A stretch of 64,000 nt of DNA from an uncultured Gammaproteobacteria bacterium (GTDB lineage Bacteria > Patescibacteriota > Microgenomatia > UBA10105 > UBA927). The notes under the pieces were generated by a model. It was not told the DNA's origin. It saw nothing but the letters and a program-made list of their open reading frames with translations, and searched no databases. How positions within the stretch are numbered: position 1 is the first letter of the stretch; the number at the start of each line of letters is the position of its first letter. The stretch is from NCBI GenBank assembly GCA_964349125.1, contig CAYGFH010000001.1, forward strand, positions 197,408-261,407, in the 5' to 3' direction. Positions 9,681-19,941 of the stretch are shown here, piece by piece. Position numbers and translations under genes: made by a program.

Positions 9681-10252
9681 TCGGAAAACTCACAGGATTC
9701 GTTAATTCCAAAGCAAGAAGTCCAATTATTCTGGACGTTCACGATGTCGGATATCTTGTTCAAATCCCGGAATCGAACCTCCAGTCATTGGTGACAGATG
9801 CGCCACAGGTTCTCTACATACATACACATGTCCGTGAAGATGCATTAGATTTGTACGGGTTTCTCTCAGAAACAGATCAGGTATTTTTTGAGCTGCTCCT
9901 CACGGTTTCCGGCATCGGCCCCAAAACAGCGCTCACCGTTATCGGAAAAGGATCTGACGCTGTGAAAAAAGCTGTCATCAACAACGATGTGGATTTCTTC
10001 ACGCATGTGCCAAGACTTGGTAAAAAGAATGCGCAAAAGATAATTATAGAGCTCAAAAATAAAATCGGAGGGATGACTGATCTTGATTTGACTGATGCAC
10101 CAAGCGAAATGGAGGAACTTTCCGACGCGCTGCAATCCATGGGGTTTGGGAGGAACGAAATTTTGAGAGCTCAGGAAGCACTCAAACAGTCAGACGATTC
10201 TATCGACAATAAAATCCGGTCGGCACTAAAAATTCTCGGTAAAGGAAAATAA
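9677..10252 (+). CDS. ruvA: Holliday junction branch migration protein RuvA
   Basis: MIGKLTGFV...[14 protein letters not shown] domain, followed by HhH motifs (GIGPKTA). Confidence 0.9.
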   Translation: MIGKLTGFVNSKARSPIILDVHDVGYLVQIPESNLQSLVTDAPQVLYIHTHVREDALDLYGFLSETDQVFFELLLTVSGIGPKTALTVIGKGSDAVKKAVINNDVDFFTHVPRLGKKNAQKIIIELKNKIGGMTDLDLTDAPSEMEELSDALQSMGFGRNEILRAQEALKQSDDSIDNKIRSALKILGKGK

Positions 10253-10254
10253 GC

Positions 10255-11262
10255 ATGACAAAAGTAAAACAAAAAGTTCCGGGAACAGAGACGGTATCAC
10301 CTGAGGAAGAAAAACTTTTTGTCTCTCTGCGTGCATCTTCGTGGAATGAATTCGTTGGCCAGGAATCCATTAAACAAAATCTGGGCGTTGCTATTGCAGC
10401 TGCTAAAAAGAGGAAGGAATCTCTCGAGCACATCTTACTCTATGGACCTCCGGGACTGGGTAAAACAACACTTGCGCATATCATTGGTAACGATATGGGC
10501 GTGAACGTGAGAGTCACATCAGGTCCGGCACTTGAACGGGCCGGCGACGTGGCATCCATACTTACGAATTTAGAACAGGGTGACATACTGTTTATTGATG
10601 AAATCCATAGACTGAACAAGGCGGTAGAAGAGACACTCTACCCGGCTATGGAAGACTACGCTCTGGATATTGTCATCGGCAAGGGACCGTCAGCTCGTAC
10701 GCTCCGTCTCGACCTGCCAAGATTTACCATTATCGGAGCAACTACCCGTATAGGATTATTGTCGTCGCCTATGAGAGACAGATTCGGCGTTATTATGCGA
10801 TTGCCGTTTTACGAATCGACTGATTTGGCACAAATACTGTCCAAAGCAGCGGGTAAACTAGCTGTGCCCATCACCGATGAGGCAACACGCGAACTCGCCA
10901 AACGGAGTCGAGGCACACCGCGCATAGCGCTCAGACTGCTCAAGCGGGTACGGGATGTGGCGCAGGTACATGGCACAGGCGTAATTACTCCGGAGATTCT
11001 TCACACATCACTTTCTATGCTTGAAGTGGATAACGCGGGACTTGATGCGTCTGACAGAAGGCTGCTTACCATCATCATCGATTCATTCGGCGGCGGTCCT
11101 GTGGGGCTTGAGACACTTGCAGCGTCCCTATCAGAGGATATCGGGACGGTAGAAGAAGTTCTTGAACCATACCTTATGCAAATTGGATTTCTCAAGAGAA
11201 CACCAAAAGGTAGAATCGCAACACCCCACGCCTTTACCCATTTGGGGAAAACATCCAAATAA
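10255..11262 (+). CDS. ruvB: Holliday junction ATP-dependent DNA helicase RuvB
   Basis: AAA+ [17 protein letters not shown], sensor motifs, winged-helix C-terminus. Confidence 0.95.
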   Translation: MTKVKQKVPGTETVSPEEEKLFVSLRASSWNEFVGQESIKQNLGVAIAAAKKRKESLEHILLYGPPGLGKTTLAHIIGNDMGVNVRVTSGPALERAGDVASILTNLEQGDILFIDEIHRLNKAVEETLYPAMEDYALDIVIGKGPSARTLRLDLPRFTIIGATTRIGLLSSPMRDRFGVIMRLPFYESTDLAQILSKAAGKLAVPITDEATRELAKRSRGTPRIALRLLKRVRDVAQVHGTGVITPEILHTSLSMLEVDNAGLDASDRRLLTIIIDSFGGGPVGLETLAASLSEDIGTVEEVLEPYLMQIGFLKRTPKGRIATPHAFTHLGKTSK

Positions 11263-11398
11263 TGCCCATCCTATAGAACTGATTAGGATCACATGAGTAC
11301 GTGTCGTGGAAGACAAACTTTTGGAGGGAGGTTTATTGCGGTTGCCTACACCGTGAGCCCGCAAGCCCACGGTGTTTCAAATATATGCAGTTGGTTTC

Positions 11399-12178
11399 TT
11401 ACTTCAACAGTTCGTCGATACTTGGTTTGATCTGGTCAAATGGAACTGCTCCAGGGATAACCATAGTCTTACCGGTTTTATTTTCCAGAAGGATGTTTCC
11501 CGGTGTTCCAGTTACACCTTCTTTTGTCCCCTGAGCCATCTGGTCTTTAACTTTCTGTGCATATTTTCCGCTATCCAAACAGGATGTGAACTTATCCTGT
11601 GGGATACCAAATTCTGCTGCAAGCGGAGCTAACTTATCAAGTGCAAACCCTGTGCCGTTGGCTGTTGTTCTTTCATAAATGGCATCGATATAGCTCCAAA
11701 ATGCATCTTCTCCACCTAACTCTGCCACGCACTCAGATGCTTCTGCTTCTTTCTGTGCATTTGCGTGGAAACTGAGAGGATAATGGCGATATACCCAATT
11801 CACTTTTCCTTTGTACTCATCCAGTATCTGGATAGCAGTTTTATGGAATGTTTTACAAAACGGACATTCCAGGTCTGAGTATTCTATCAATGTTACTTTG
11901 GCATTTTTATCACCGCGGATATGATCCTTGCTGTCCACTTTTGGCGCGACTGCTGCCGCTTGTGGCGCAGGAGCTCCCTGACCTGATGGGGCGGTTCCAT
12001 TTGATACAACTCCACCCTTCTCTAGCATCTGAACCTTGGTCCAAAGTGAACCCATAAAAAATGCTCCGACTACTATAACAAGCAGGAGCAGTGTCTGAAA
12101 CGTATTTCCTGAACCTAATAATCCACCACTAACTGATTTTTTTTCCATGTATTCCTCCTCAAAAAAACTAGTCCCCAT
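11399..12178 (-). CDS. DsbA-family thiol:disulfide oxidoreductase, membrane-anchored
   Basis: N-terminal TM plus CPFC active site (LECPFCKTFH) in a thioredoxin fold. Confidence 0.8.
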   Translation of the reverse strand: MGTSFFEEEYMEKKSVSGGLLGSGNTFQTLLLLVIVVGAFFMGSLWTKVQMLEKGGVVSNGTAPSGQGAPAPQAAAVAPKVDSKDHIRGDKNAKVTLIEYSDLECPFCKTFHKTAIQILDEYKGKVNWVYRHYPLSFHANAQKEAEASECVAELGGEDAFWSYIDAIYERTTANGTGFALDKLAPLAAEFGIPQDKFTSCLDSGKYAQKVKDQMAQGTKEGVTGTPGNILLENKTGKTMVIPGAVPFDQIKPSIDELLK

Positions 12179-12228
12179 ATTGTAAAGTCCCTTACAAAAA
12201 TTCGCAATATCTCAATTCAAAAAAAGTA

Positions 12229-12257
12229 TTGACAAGATTTAGCAGTCATGGTATAAG
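12229..12257 (+). promoter_or_regulatory. Sigma70-type promoter for hsp20 (TTGACA-17 bp-TATAAG)
   Basis: TTGACA at 12229-12234, 17-bp spacer, TATAAG at 12252-12257; AGGAGG Shine-Dalgarno at 12276-12281 upstream of the ATG at 12290. Confidence 0.6.
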
Positions 12258-12265
12258 AGTGCTAG
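12239..12265 (+). promoter_or_regulatory. CIRCE-like inverted repeat (HrcA operator) overlapping the hsp20 promoter
   Basis: TTAGCAGTC-N9-GAGTGCTAG versus CIRCE consensus TTAGCACTC-N9-GAGTGCTAA (8/9 and 8/9 matches, exact 9-nt spacer). Confidence 0.6.
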
Positions 12266-12289
12266 ACACAAAAAAAGGAGGTGACACGT

Positions 12290-12697
12290 ATGTCATATAA
12301 CATATTACCTGGATCATTTTTTCGACTTCCCGCACAATCTTGGGATGAAGATGAGGATTGGGGCATAACAACAGCTTCATCAGGTGGACTCACTATTTCC
12401 GAAGATGAAAAATATGTCTACGTTCAGGCATCGCTGCCCGGCGTGGATCCAAAGGAAATTGAAGTCACATTCGACAAAGGTGTTGTCTGGATAAAAGGTG
12501 AAATTAAGCTGGAAGAGAAAGGAAAGAAGTTCTATAGAAAGTCCGCAAGCCAGTTCTCGTACAGGGTTGCGGTTCCGGGAGATTTGGATCACACCAAAGA
12601 ACCTGAAGCATCCTGCAAAAACGGTGTGATGACTGTTTCTTTCGCAAAATCACCGGCGTCCCAGCCCAAAAAGATTGCAGTGAAAGAAACCAAATAA
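12290..12697 (+). CDS. Hsp20/alpha-crystallin family small heat shock protein
   Basis: Alpha-crystallin domain ISEDEKYVYVQASLPGVDPKEIEVTFDKGVVWIKGE. Start placed at the ATG at 12290, behind a strong SD. Confidence 0.85.
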   Translation: MSYNILPGSFFRLPAQSWDEDEDWGITTASSGGLTISEDEKYVYVQASLPGVDPKEIEVTFDKGVVWIKGEIKLEEKGKKFYRKSASQFSYRVAVPGDLDHTKEPEASCKNGVMTVSFAKSPASQPKKIAVKETK

Positions 12698-12718
12698 GCT
12701 CTAGCATGGGTATTACCC

Positions 12719-12750
12719 AAAAACCCCGCCACATAGGCGGGGTTTTTTAT
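12719..12750 (+). terminator. Rho-independent terminator after hsp20
   Basis: AAAACCCCGCC-ACAT-AGGCGGGG followed by TTTTTT. Confidence 0.8.
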
Positions 12751-12763
12751 TTGATAATACACA

Positions 12764-13528
12764 TCACACACCAAGTATTGACGGGAGAATTCCACCTTTG
12801 CCAAATACAAATATACTTCCCAGGATAATACTAAACACTGCCGTAACACCGGCTAAAAAGACATAGAGGATAGATCCCTGTTTTGCTTTTGCGATCCCAA
12901 GCAACGATATAAGCGTAATGATGGAATTTGATATGACCAGTCCAAGCACAAAAGTCAGCACCAGAAAGCTACCCATCACCTTCCCACCCGCCCCGGTCGC
13001 AGCTATAAACAGTAACAATTGTGTCGGTGTCTCTGCCCCTATCCCATGGACCACACCCACGATTAATGCGGTTTTTACCCCGAACTCCTGGGGATACGAG
13101 AAGTGGCTATGTTTATGTTTATGCGTAATTTTGTGTTCCACAAAATCATATATTTTTGAAGCCGCTTTAAATATGACCATCCACCGGCTTTGCAAATGGA
13201 CATTTCTGCCATGCCGCACAATTGAAAACGCGAGATATACACCCAAAAAAAGCAGGGTGAATCCCACAAACGGCTCCATAAGCGCGTCTACCCAATCAGG
13301 AAGTGTTACACCCAGATTTACTGCCAAAAGCCCGAAGAGTACGATGATAAGAGCATGTCCTAATACATACACAGTACCCAGCCAAAACGACTGTCTCTTA
13401 TTGTCTGTTGATGTTGTGATATCTGTGATTGCTGCTATATGGTCCCAATCAATTCCATGCCGCAGACCCAGCAATAATGTCGTTGCAAATAACAAAAATG
13501 GTGTAACGAATGTCGTTGTTTCCATCAC
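12764..13528 (-). CDS. NicO/RcnA-like nickel/cobalt transporter family membrane protein
   Basis: Multi-TM protein with LGLRHGIDWDHIAAI (HX4DH-type motif of the NicO/HoxN-related family) and a His-rich loop KHKHSH. Confidence 0.55.
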   Translation of the reverse strand: MMETTTFVTPFLLFATTLLLGLRHGIDWDHIAAITDITTSTDNKRQSFWLGTVYVLGHALIIVLFGLLAVNLGVTLPDWVDALMEPFVGFTLLFLGVYLAFSIVRHGRNVHLQSRWMVIFKAASKIYDFVEHKITHKHKHSHFSYPQEFGVKTALIVGVVHGIGAETPTQLLLFIAATGAGGKVMGSFLVLTFVLGLVISNSIITLISLLGIAKAKQGSILYVFLAGVTAVFSIILGSIFVFGKGGILPSILGV

Positions 13529-13989
13529 AGTATGGTGTATACCTGCCGTGAATCATCAGGGAAATGCACCTCGTCAAACAGCACAAAGGAGCTCGGTTGT
13601 ATCGTATAACACACATGCCCATCAGTGCCAGAGATGATTTCAGTTACTCGATCAGTGGACAGGGAGAATCGCTTCGCGTACACCTCCAACCCTTTTTTTG
13701 CCTGAGAGATATCTGTTAACTCCTTTGCCACTCCTTCAAACTGGATTCCCTGTACGTCATCCCCGGGAGTATGAGGCAATACAATAGCTCCAGCCACAGT
13801 GGGAGTCGTTCTCAATTCTTCTGAATGTCTGCGATCTTTCCGGGAAAGCCAATACAATGAGAGATTGCCATCAAATGCAAAATACACGCTGCATACCCAT
13901 GGCTTGATACCTGAGACCGTTGCAACCTGCATAAGTACCGCCTTGCCCAGATAATCGACAATCAGCTGTCGCACTGTTTGTTCACTCAT
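13525..13989 (-). CDS. Hypothetical protein, possibly PNPOx-like FMN-binding split-barrel
   Basis: Size and pattern are compatible with pyridoxamine 5'-phosphate oxidase-like proteins (weak). 4-nt overlap with the downstream gene. Confidence 0.4.
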   Translation of the reverse strand: MSEQTVRQLIVDYLGKAVLMQVATVSGIKPWVCSVYFAFDGNLSLYWLSRKDRRHSEELRTTPTVAGAIVLPHTPGDDVQGIQFEGVAKELTDISQAKKGLEVYAKRFSLSTDRVTEIISGTDGHVCYTIQPSSFVLFDEVHFPDDSRQVYTIL

Positions 13990-13994
13990 ACCTG

Positions 13995-14534
13995 TTACGC
14001 TATATGTGCCTGTATATACGTAATTGCATCTTCAGGCGTATCTGCAAAATGTATTAATTCGTCGATCGGTCTGTTTATAAATTTTTCGTCATACATGCGC
14101 TGCAATTGTGAGCGCAAACCATCATAAAAATTATTGGTATTAATTATTACTACCGGTTTATTGTGCACATTTTGTTTTTTCAGCTCCACAATTTCGGCGA
14201 TTTCGTCCAGAGATCCCACACCGCCAACGAGCAAAATGATTGCATCTCCCTCTTCCAATAACAGTTTCTTCCGTTCGGATAAATCTTTCGTCACCACCAT
14301 CGTGTCGGCATTTTCTCGCGCAAGATGGTGAAAATACTCCACTGACACTCCATGTAATTTTCCGCCGGCCTGCTGCACGGCATCGGCAACCACTTTCATA
14401 ATTCCGGTATTAGATCCCCCCCATACCAGATCAAATCCGTGTGACACCATACGTGTACCGAGGTCAGTCGCCGCTTGTACATATATATCCGCAACATCGC
14501 TTGCACTGCAGAAGACACAAATGGATTTACTCAT
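13995..14534 (-). CDS. LOG family protein (cytokinin riboside 5'-monophosphate phosphoribohydrolase-like, TIGR00730)
   Basis: ICVFCSAS...LVWGGSNTGIMKVVADA...GGVGSLDEIAE...PVVIINTNNFYDGL motifs. Confidence 0.85.
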   Translation of the reverse strand: MSKSICVFCSASDVADIYVQAATDLGTRMVSHGFDLVWGGSNTGIMKVVADAVQQAGGKLHGVSVEYFHHLARENADTMVVTKDLSERKKLLLEEGDAIILLVGGVGSLDEIAEIVELKKQNVHNKPVVIINTNNFYDGLRSQLQRMYDEKFINRPIDELIHFADTPEDAITYIQAHIA

Positions 14535-14580
14535 ATCAGGATATTATACACAAAAATCCGCGACGTTTATGAGTATGTAA

Positions 14581-15717
14581 TTAACGCAAGTGTTCATTGG
14601 CTAATTTCGAGTGTAAATGACGATGGTACGTCGCCGCCAAAAAAGATGTGATGGGCACCGCAGTCAGCAACCCGATACTGCCTGACACTGTGCGCACGAC
14701 CTCTTCCATAATAATTTCACTGTTGAGGATTACCCATAAGGGTACATGATTCGGATTTAATACTATGACAAGAAAGACCGGGAGTGCCGCGCCCGCGTAC
14801 GCAAGGACCAACGTGTTTACCAGAGAGGCAATATGCTCTTTCCCTACTTCCAATCCGGATTTGTATAACGAGCTAAATTCAGGTTTTTTTACCGATTTGA
14901 CAAGTTCGGAGACAGATGCGACCAGGCCTGTTGTCACATCGTCTAATACCCCGAGTGTGCCTATGATAATGCCTCCGAGAAGCAGTCCCTTCAGGTTTAT
15001 ATATCCTGTTGTGCCAAGACGGAGCGCTGTAGCATCTTCAGTCCCGAGACCTGTGAGGTGTGCCAGCTTTACTGAAATGGTAGCGATGATTCCTGTTACC
15101 ACAAGGGCTATGAATGTAGAAACAACAGAGATCGTGGTTCGTTTGGAGAATCCGTGAGCCAGATACATGGTCGTAATCATTATGCCCAAACCGCCGGACA
15201 CACTCACGAACAGAGGATCCTTTCCTGCCAGAATCTGCGGAACGATATACCACACGATAACTCCCAGACTCATAAACATGCCAACGATGGCTCCAAATCC
15301 TCGCCACCCCGAAAGAATCAGAATTATGCCAAAAAAGATGAAGAGTATGGTGCTAATCTGATCAAGCCGATATGCATCTACTATTTGATACTCCGCCGTG
15401 CCGTTTTGTCCGATACCCAATGTCACCACAACCAGTTGTCCTTTTTTGACCAACTGATTGGGATCCAAACTGTAGCCGGATCCATGATTGATACCCAGCG
15501 TTTTCCCCGCGATATCACCGTCAAGCACACGCACGGTAAGTGTTTGATACGGACTTTCCTGTCCAAACTCTTTTTTTATACCGGAGTCAGTTACATCCAC
15601 GACCTCGGCTTTGTAATATGGCTGTACCTGTGACTGCGGGGTTTGGGCGGCTGCCCGCGACAGCGGAGAAAGAAACAGGAAACAAAGCAAAATCAATACC
15701 GTGGCTCGTCTGATCAT
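14581..15717 (-). CDS. YibE/F-like family membrane protein
   Basis: Signal/TM, an extracytoplasmic beta-rich N-domain, then about 6 TM helices; architecture typical of YibE/F. Confidence 0.55.
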   Translation of the reverse strand: MIRRATVLILLCFLFLSPLSRAAAQTPQSQVQPYYKAEVVDVTDSGIKKEFGQESPYQTLTVRVLDGDIAGKTLGINHGSGYSLDPNQLVKKGQLVVVTLGIGQNGTAEYQIVDAYRLDQISTILFIFFGIILILSGWRGFGAIVGMFMSLGVIVWYIVPQILAGKDPLFVSVSGGLGIMITTMYLAHGFSKRTTISVVSTFIALVVTGIIATISVKLAHLTGLGTEDATALRLGTTGYINLKGLLLGGIIIGTLGVLDDVTTGLVASVSELVKSVKKPEFSSLYKSGLEVGKEHIASLVNTLVLAYAGAALPVFLVIVLNPNHVPLWVILNSEIIMEEVVRTVSGSIGLLTAVPITSFLAATYHRHLHSKLANEHLR

Positions 15718-16457
15718 ACAGATAAAGGATCGCTCACCTGATATGACACTGTCGTCAAACCGTCTTTTTCGCTGACAGACGTGATTGTTATATGACCAAC
15801 CTCTCCTGTATTTGCTACCTGTGTCCCACCGTCCGCAACGGATCCTACCCCCTCCAACGTCAGTCTCCGAAGCGGTTTATTTGTGGGTAGCCCTGGCTGG
15901 AGATATATCGCGTCTTTCCCAAGCACATCCAAAGATACGATTTCGGTTGTAAATTTCAGCCTTGAGGCAATGAGCTCATTTGCCTTTTTTTCCAGTTCTA
16001 CGGCAAATTCCTTTCCCAACACACCCGTGTACACAATAAACGGCTTTTTCCCGTGATCGCCTTTTGTCGGAACAAGTAGCTTCGGAGAATATCCCAGCAT
16101 ATACAGGGCAAAGTCCACCACATGTCCTCCTGAGTGAAGACGCATATTGAGAAAACGCCGTTCCCAGTTAATAGTGCCGTGCACTGTTTCCCCTACGACC
16201 GGCGCGACGTCTGTTTCAACATAATGCCAAATCTCTCCGTCTTTCATCACCACCTGATAGACATTCATGGAGTGTGTGGATGAAATAAGCGTGCCCTGAT
16301 CGGTCGGCTGACCGCCACCCATCGGATAAAACACCGTCTGGTCAAGGAGTAATCTGTACCTGATCCCATTTTCAGGAATCACCTCTAGAATTGCCGCATC
16401 TGTCTCACGCGTATATGAATCTGAGAGGTATAGTTGTTTCGTTTTCATTGGCCACAT
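15714..16457 (-). CDS. AlaX-like aminoacyl-tRNA editing domain protein (tRNA_SAD-like)
   Basis: N-terminal domain plus HSGGHVVDFAL metal-binding-like motif resembling the threonyl/alanyl-tRNA synthetase second additional domain. Confidence 0.55.
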   Translation of the reverse strand: MWPMKTKQLYLSDSYTRETDAAILEVIPENGIRYRLLLDQTVFYPMGGGQPTDQGTLISSTHSMNVYQVVMKDGEIWHYVETDVAPVVGETVHGTINWERRFLNMRLHSGGHVVDFALYMLGYSPKLLVPTKGDHGKKPFIVYTGVLGKEFAVELEKKANELIASRLKFTTEIVSLDVLGKDAIYLQPGLPTNKPLRRLTLEGVGSVADGGTQVANTGEVGHITITSVSEKDGLTTVSYQVSDPLSV

Positions 16458-16498
16458 TGATATCCGGATCTGACTGTAACACGCTTAGAATTTATGTA

Positions 16499-19228
16499 TT
16501 AGCTCAGATTTGGATAATGACACTTTTTGAATTTCTTCCCGCTTCCGCACCAGCACGGATCATTGCGACCCAATTCCCTTTGGGAATTGATCGCCTGCTT
16601 TGGAGCTGGCCTATCCGCATTTGTGCGCATCTTTTTTGCTGCCTGTGTTATGGTTGTCTCCATTTTTGGCAGCTCGACGGGTGCTTGCTTCTTGGTATTT
16701 TTGCCCGTATCGGACGCGGGAGGATTCATCTGCACCTGAACTTTGTAAATGCGATGTACGATCTCACTGTCGATTGTAGACATGAGTCTCTCAAACATTG
16801 AAAACGCCTCGTTTTTATACTCCACCAGCGGATCGCGCTGACCGTATCCGCGTAGGCCGATACCCTCACGCAAATCGTCTATACCATCCAGATGCGCCAT
16901 CCATAAATTATCTATGACATTGAGGCTTACCCACCGTTCTATCTGGGAGGCAACCTCTTCTGTCATCTGTTTTTCCCTGCCCTGATACATGTCCCTGGCA
17001 ACCGCAGTCAAAAACTCAGTAATTTCAGATGATGAATGCATCTGTGAGAGTTGTGTCACCAGCTGCTGTTGAGAATTCTCATCAAACGGGATAATCGAAC
17101 TGTATTCTGTCACAATTTTCGCGAGATCGAATGATGTATCATTTTCAGTTGCATACGCTGCAACCAGTATGGATATCTCTTCTGCCACACTTTCGAGAAT
17201 CTTATCTTTCAGCCGCTCTCCACCCAATATTTTCTTCCTTCGTCTGTAGACAATTTCCCGCTGTTTGCTTAATACGTCGTCATACTCAACCAAATGCTTA
17301 CGTGAATCAAAATGGAATCCTTCAACCTTTACCTGCGCCTGCTCAATAGCGCGTGATACCATCGGATGCTCCAGAGGCACATCTTCAGGTAGGTTGAATG
17401 CAGTCATGAGTCTCGCGACCTGGTCGCCGCCAAACAGCCGCATAATGTCATCTTCCAAAGAGACGTAAAACCGTGTGGAACCAGGGTCACCCTGCCTTCC
17501 GCTTCGGCCACGAAGCTGGTTATCTATACGGCGTGATTCGTGCCGTTCCGTGCCGATGACATGTAATCCTCCGATTGCTAGGACTTCATCATGCTGCTTC
17601 TGCCATTCTTTTTCTTCCTTTTCCCATTTTTTCATATCTGTCGCTTCCCATTTTTCGCGACGTGACCCGCCCAAAATAATATCGACTCCCCGTCCTGCCA
17701 TATTCGTGGCCACTGTAACGGCGCCTTTTTTACCGGCTTCTGCGATAATAGATGCTTCCTGCAAATGGTTTTTCGCATTGAGCACCTGGTGTGGAATTCC
17801 TTTTCGTTTCAAAAGTTCACTGACGATTTCGTTTTTGTCTATCGATGTGGTACCCACCAACACGGGTTGTCCGCGTTTATAACAATCTGCGATATCTTCC
17901 GCAATAGCGCTGTATTTCGCCCTCGGGGTCTTATAGACGCTGTCACCATAGTCTTTCCTGGACATACCCCGGTGTGTCGGTATGGCGATGACGTCTAACT
18001 TATATATCTTTTGAAATTCCTCCGCTTCCGTTGCAGCAGTTCCCGTCATGCCTGCAAGCTTCTCATACATGCGAAAGTAATTTTGCAGGGACACAGTAGC
18101 GAGCGTTTTGCTCTCCTGTTGGATCGTGACGCCTTCTTTTGCCTCTATGGCCTGGTGAATTCCTTCACTAAACCGCCTGCCATTTAGCAATCTTCCAGTA
18201 AATTCATCCACTATCACAACTTGCCCGTCTTTTACGATATAGTCCTTCTCGCGAGTAAACAATGCGCGAGCCTTCAAAGCGGCCTCTATGTGATGCACCG
18301 TTTCAAAATCCTTTTCGTAAATATTGCCTATACCCAATATCTTTTCTATCTTTAAGATACCGTGATCAGTCAAATGCGCTGTACGGAGTTTTTCATCAAC
18401 AGCATAGTCTGTTTCACTATTTAGTTTTTCGACGATTTTCGCGTAGTCATAGTACGCGTGGGTAGCTTCCATATCAGGCGCTGAGATAATGTGAGGGGTT
18501 CTGGCTTCATCAATAAGAACTGAATCCACCTCGTCTACGACGGCGTAGTGGTATTCCCGCTGTACCAACTGGGATACTTCGGACGCCATGTTATCGCGCA
18601 GGTAATCAAAGCCAAATTCGCTGTTAATACCATACGTGACATCCGCCAGGTATGCTTCCTTCCGGGTAACCGGCCGCAAATGTGTGAGTCTCCAATCGGC
18701 CGCCTGTTTGTCCTCATACTGGGCATCATAGATAAATGACTGGTCACTGATAATTGCCGAGACCGTAAGCCCCAGCAGATCAAATACAGGCCCCATCCAT
18801 CCCGCATCACGGCGTGCAAGGTAATCGTTTACAGTGACCAAGTGCACACCCCGACCGGTAAGTGCATTGAGATAAAGTGCAGGCAATGCGGACAAAGTCT
18901 TTCCCTCTCCTGTTTTCTGTTCGGCTACATTCCCGTTGTGCAGCGTCAGCGCTGCGATAAGCTGTACATCATAATGTCGCTGTCCGATTGCACGAAGTGC
19001 CGCTTCCCGAACCAAGGCAAATGCTTCAGGGAGAATATCATCGAGCGCCTGTCCACCCCGTATCCGTTCTTTGAATTCAGCTGTCTTTTTTTTGAGACCC
19101 GGATCTTTGAGCTTTTGCATTTCCGGTTCGAGGGCGTTTATCGCGAGCACTATTTTTCTGTACTTTGCGATTTCTTTTTCGTTACTGTCCAGCCATTTTC
19201 CAAGGAATTTAAACATGGTTATAATCAT
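16499..19228 (-). CDS. secA: Preprotein translocase ATPase SecA
   Basis: DEAD-like motor domains, preprotein cross-linking domain, and C-terminal zinc finger CWCGSGKKFKKCH. Confidence 0.95.
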   Translation of the reverse strand: MIITMFKFLGKWLDSNEKEIAKYRKIVLAINALEPEMQKLKDPGLKKKTAEFKERIRGGQALDDILPEAFALVREAALRAIGQRHYDVQLIAALTLHNGNVAEQKTGEGKTLSALPALYLNALTGRGVHLVTVNDYLARRDAGWMGPVFDLLGLTVSAIISDQSFIYDAQYEDKQAADWRLTHLRPVTRKEAYLADVTYGINSEFGFDYLRDNMASEVSQLVQREYHYAVVDEVDSVLIDEARTPHIISAPDMEATHAYYDYAKIVEKLNSETDYAVDEKLRTAHLTDHGILKIEKILGIGNIYEKDFETVHHIEAALKARALFTREKDYIVKDGQVVIVDEFTGRLLNGRRFSEGIHQAIEAKEGVTIQQESKTLATVSLQNYFRMYEKLAGMTGTAATEAEEFQKIYKLDVIAIPTHRGMSRKDYGDSVYKTPRAKYSAIAEDIADCYKRGQPVLVGTTSIDKNEIVSELLKRKGIPHQVLNAKNHLQEASIIAEAGKKGAVTVATNMAGRGVDIILGGSRREKWEATDMKKWEKEEKEWQKQHDEVLAIGGLHVIGTERHESRRIDNQLRGRSGRQGDPGSTRFYVSLEDDIMRLFGGDQVARLMTAFNLPEDVPLEHPMVSRAIEQAQVKVEGFHFDSRKHLVEYDDVLSKQREIVYRRRKKILGGERLKDKILESVAEEISILVAAYATENDTSFDLAKIVTEYSSIIPFDENSQQQLVTQLSQMHSSSEITEFLTAVARDMYQGREKQMTEEVASQIERWVSLNVIDNLWMAHLDGIDDLREGIGLRGYGQRDPLVEYKNEAFSMFERLMSTIDSEIVHRIYKVQVQMNPPASDTGKNTKKQAPVELPKMETTITQAAKKMRTNADRPAPKQAINSQRELGRNDPCWCGSGKKFKKCHYPNLS

Positions 19229-19267
19229 ACCACAAAACTACATAGTTCAAACGTAAAAAAACGGTAC

Positions 19268-19918
19268 TCAGACCCTGCAATAATAAAATACGTTTCTGCG
19301 GTTTCTGACCATATCCACATCAGTATAAATTTTCTGAAGCAAGACCAGGATTTCCAGTTTTTTTTCTTTCTGACCGGTATAACTAAAATAGTTAAACATA
19401 ACACTCCCCTTTGGCCGCAGGATCCGCAGTATCTTCCTGAAAAACGAGGAAAGCATGACAAAATCAGGAATTACGTTGCCTGTATATAAATCTATAATGA
19501 CGCTGTCAAAATGCAGGTTGGTATCTAGTGCACGGCGCAGATACGCGTTGGCATCAGCGATGATGTAGCGAGTGTACGGTATGGTGTGAATGTGAAAAAA
19601 TTCTTTCGCCACACCGACAACAGTTGCATCTATGTCCACACCAGTGATATGTGCTTCAGGATATGCCGTACTCAACAGACGGAAAATATCACCACCGCCA
19701 ATGCCAAGCACCAGAATATTTTTTAAAGGGCCGGTATGCCACGATGATAATTTTGTAATCCCTTTTGAAAAGAGCTTCCGCGGATAGCTTCCTGATTGCA
19801 CGATACCGTTCACCAGCAGTTTTTGATTTCCAAAAGATTCAATAACCTCGATGGAATGACTGTGTTTTGAGCTGCCCTGAAACAGCACTCTCGTAACGAG
19901 AAATGATAGCACATTCAT
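19268..19918 (-). CDS. Spermidine synthase-like class I SAM-dependent methyltransferase fold protein
   Basis: VLVLGIGGGDIFRLL...VTGVDIDATVV motif I/II of SpeE-like enzymes. Confidence 0.6.
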   Translation of the reverse strand: MNVLSFLVTRVLFQGSSKHSHSIEVIESFGNQKLLVNGIVQSGSYPRKLFSKGITKLSSWHTGPLKNILVLGIGGGDIFRLLSTAYPEAHITGVDIDATVVGVAKEFFHIHTIPYTRYIIADANAYLRRALDTNLHFDSVIIDLYTGNVIPDFVMLSSFFRKILRILRPKGSVMFNYFSYTGQKEKKLEILVLLQKIYTDVDMVRNRRNVFYYCRV

Positions 19919-19941
19919 GTTTTTTGATCGGGCAACACAGA

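Noticed and set aside
12918-13637. 239-aa plus-strand ORF
   Set aside because: Antisense to the NicO-like transporter and PNPOx-like genes; no domain signal.
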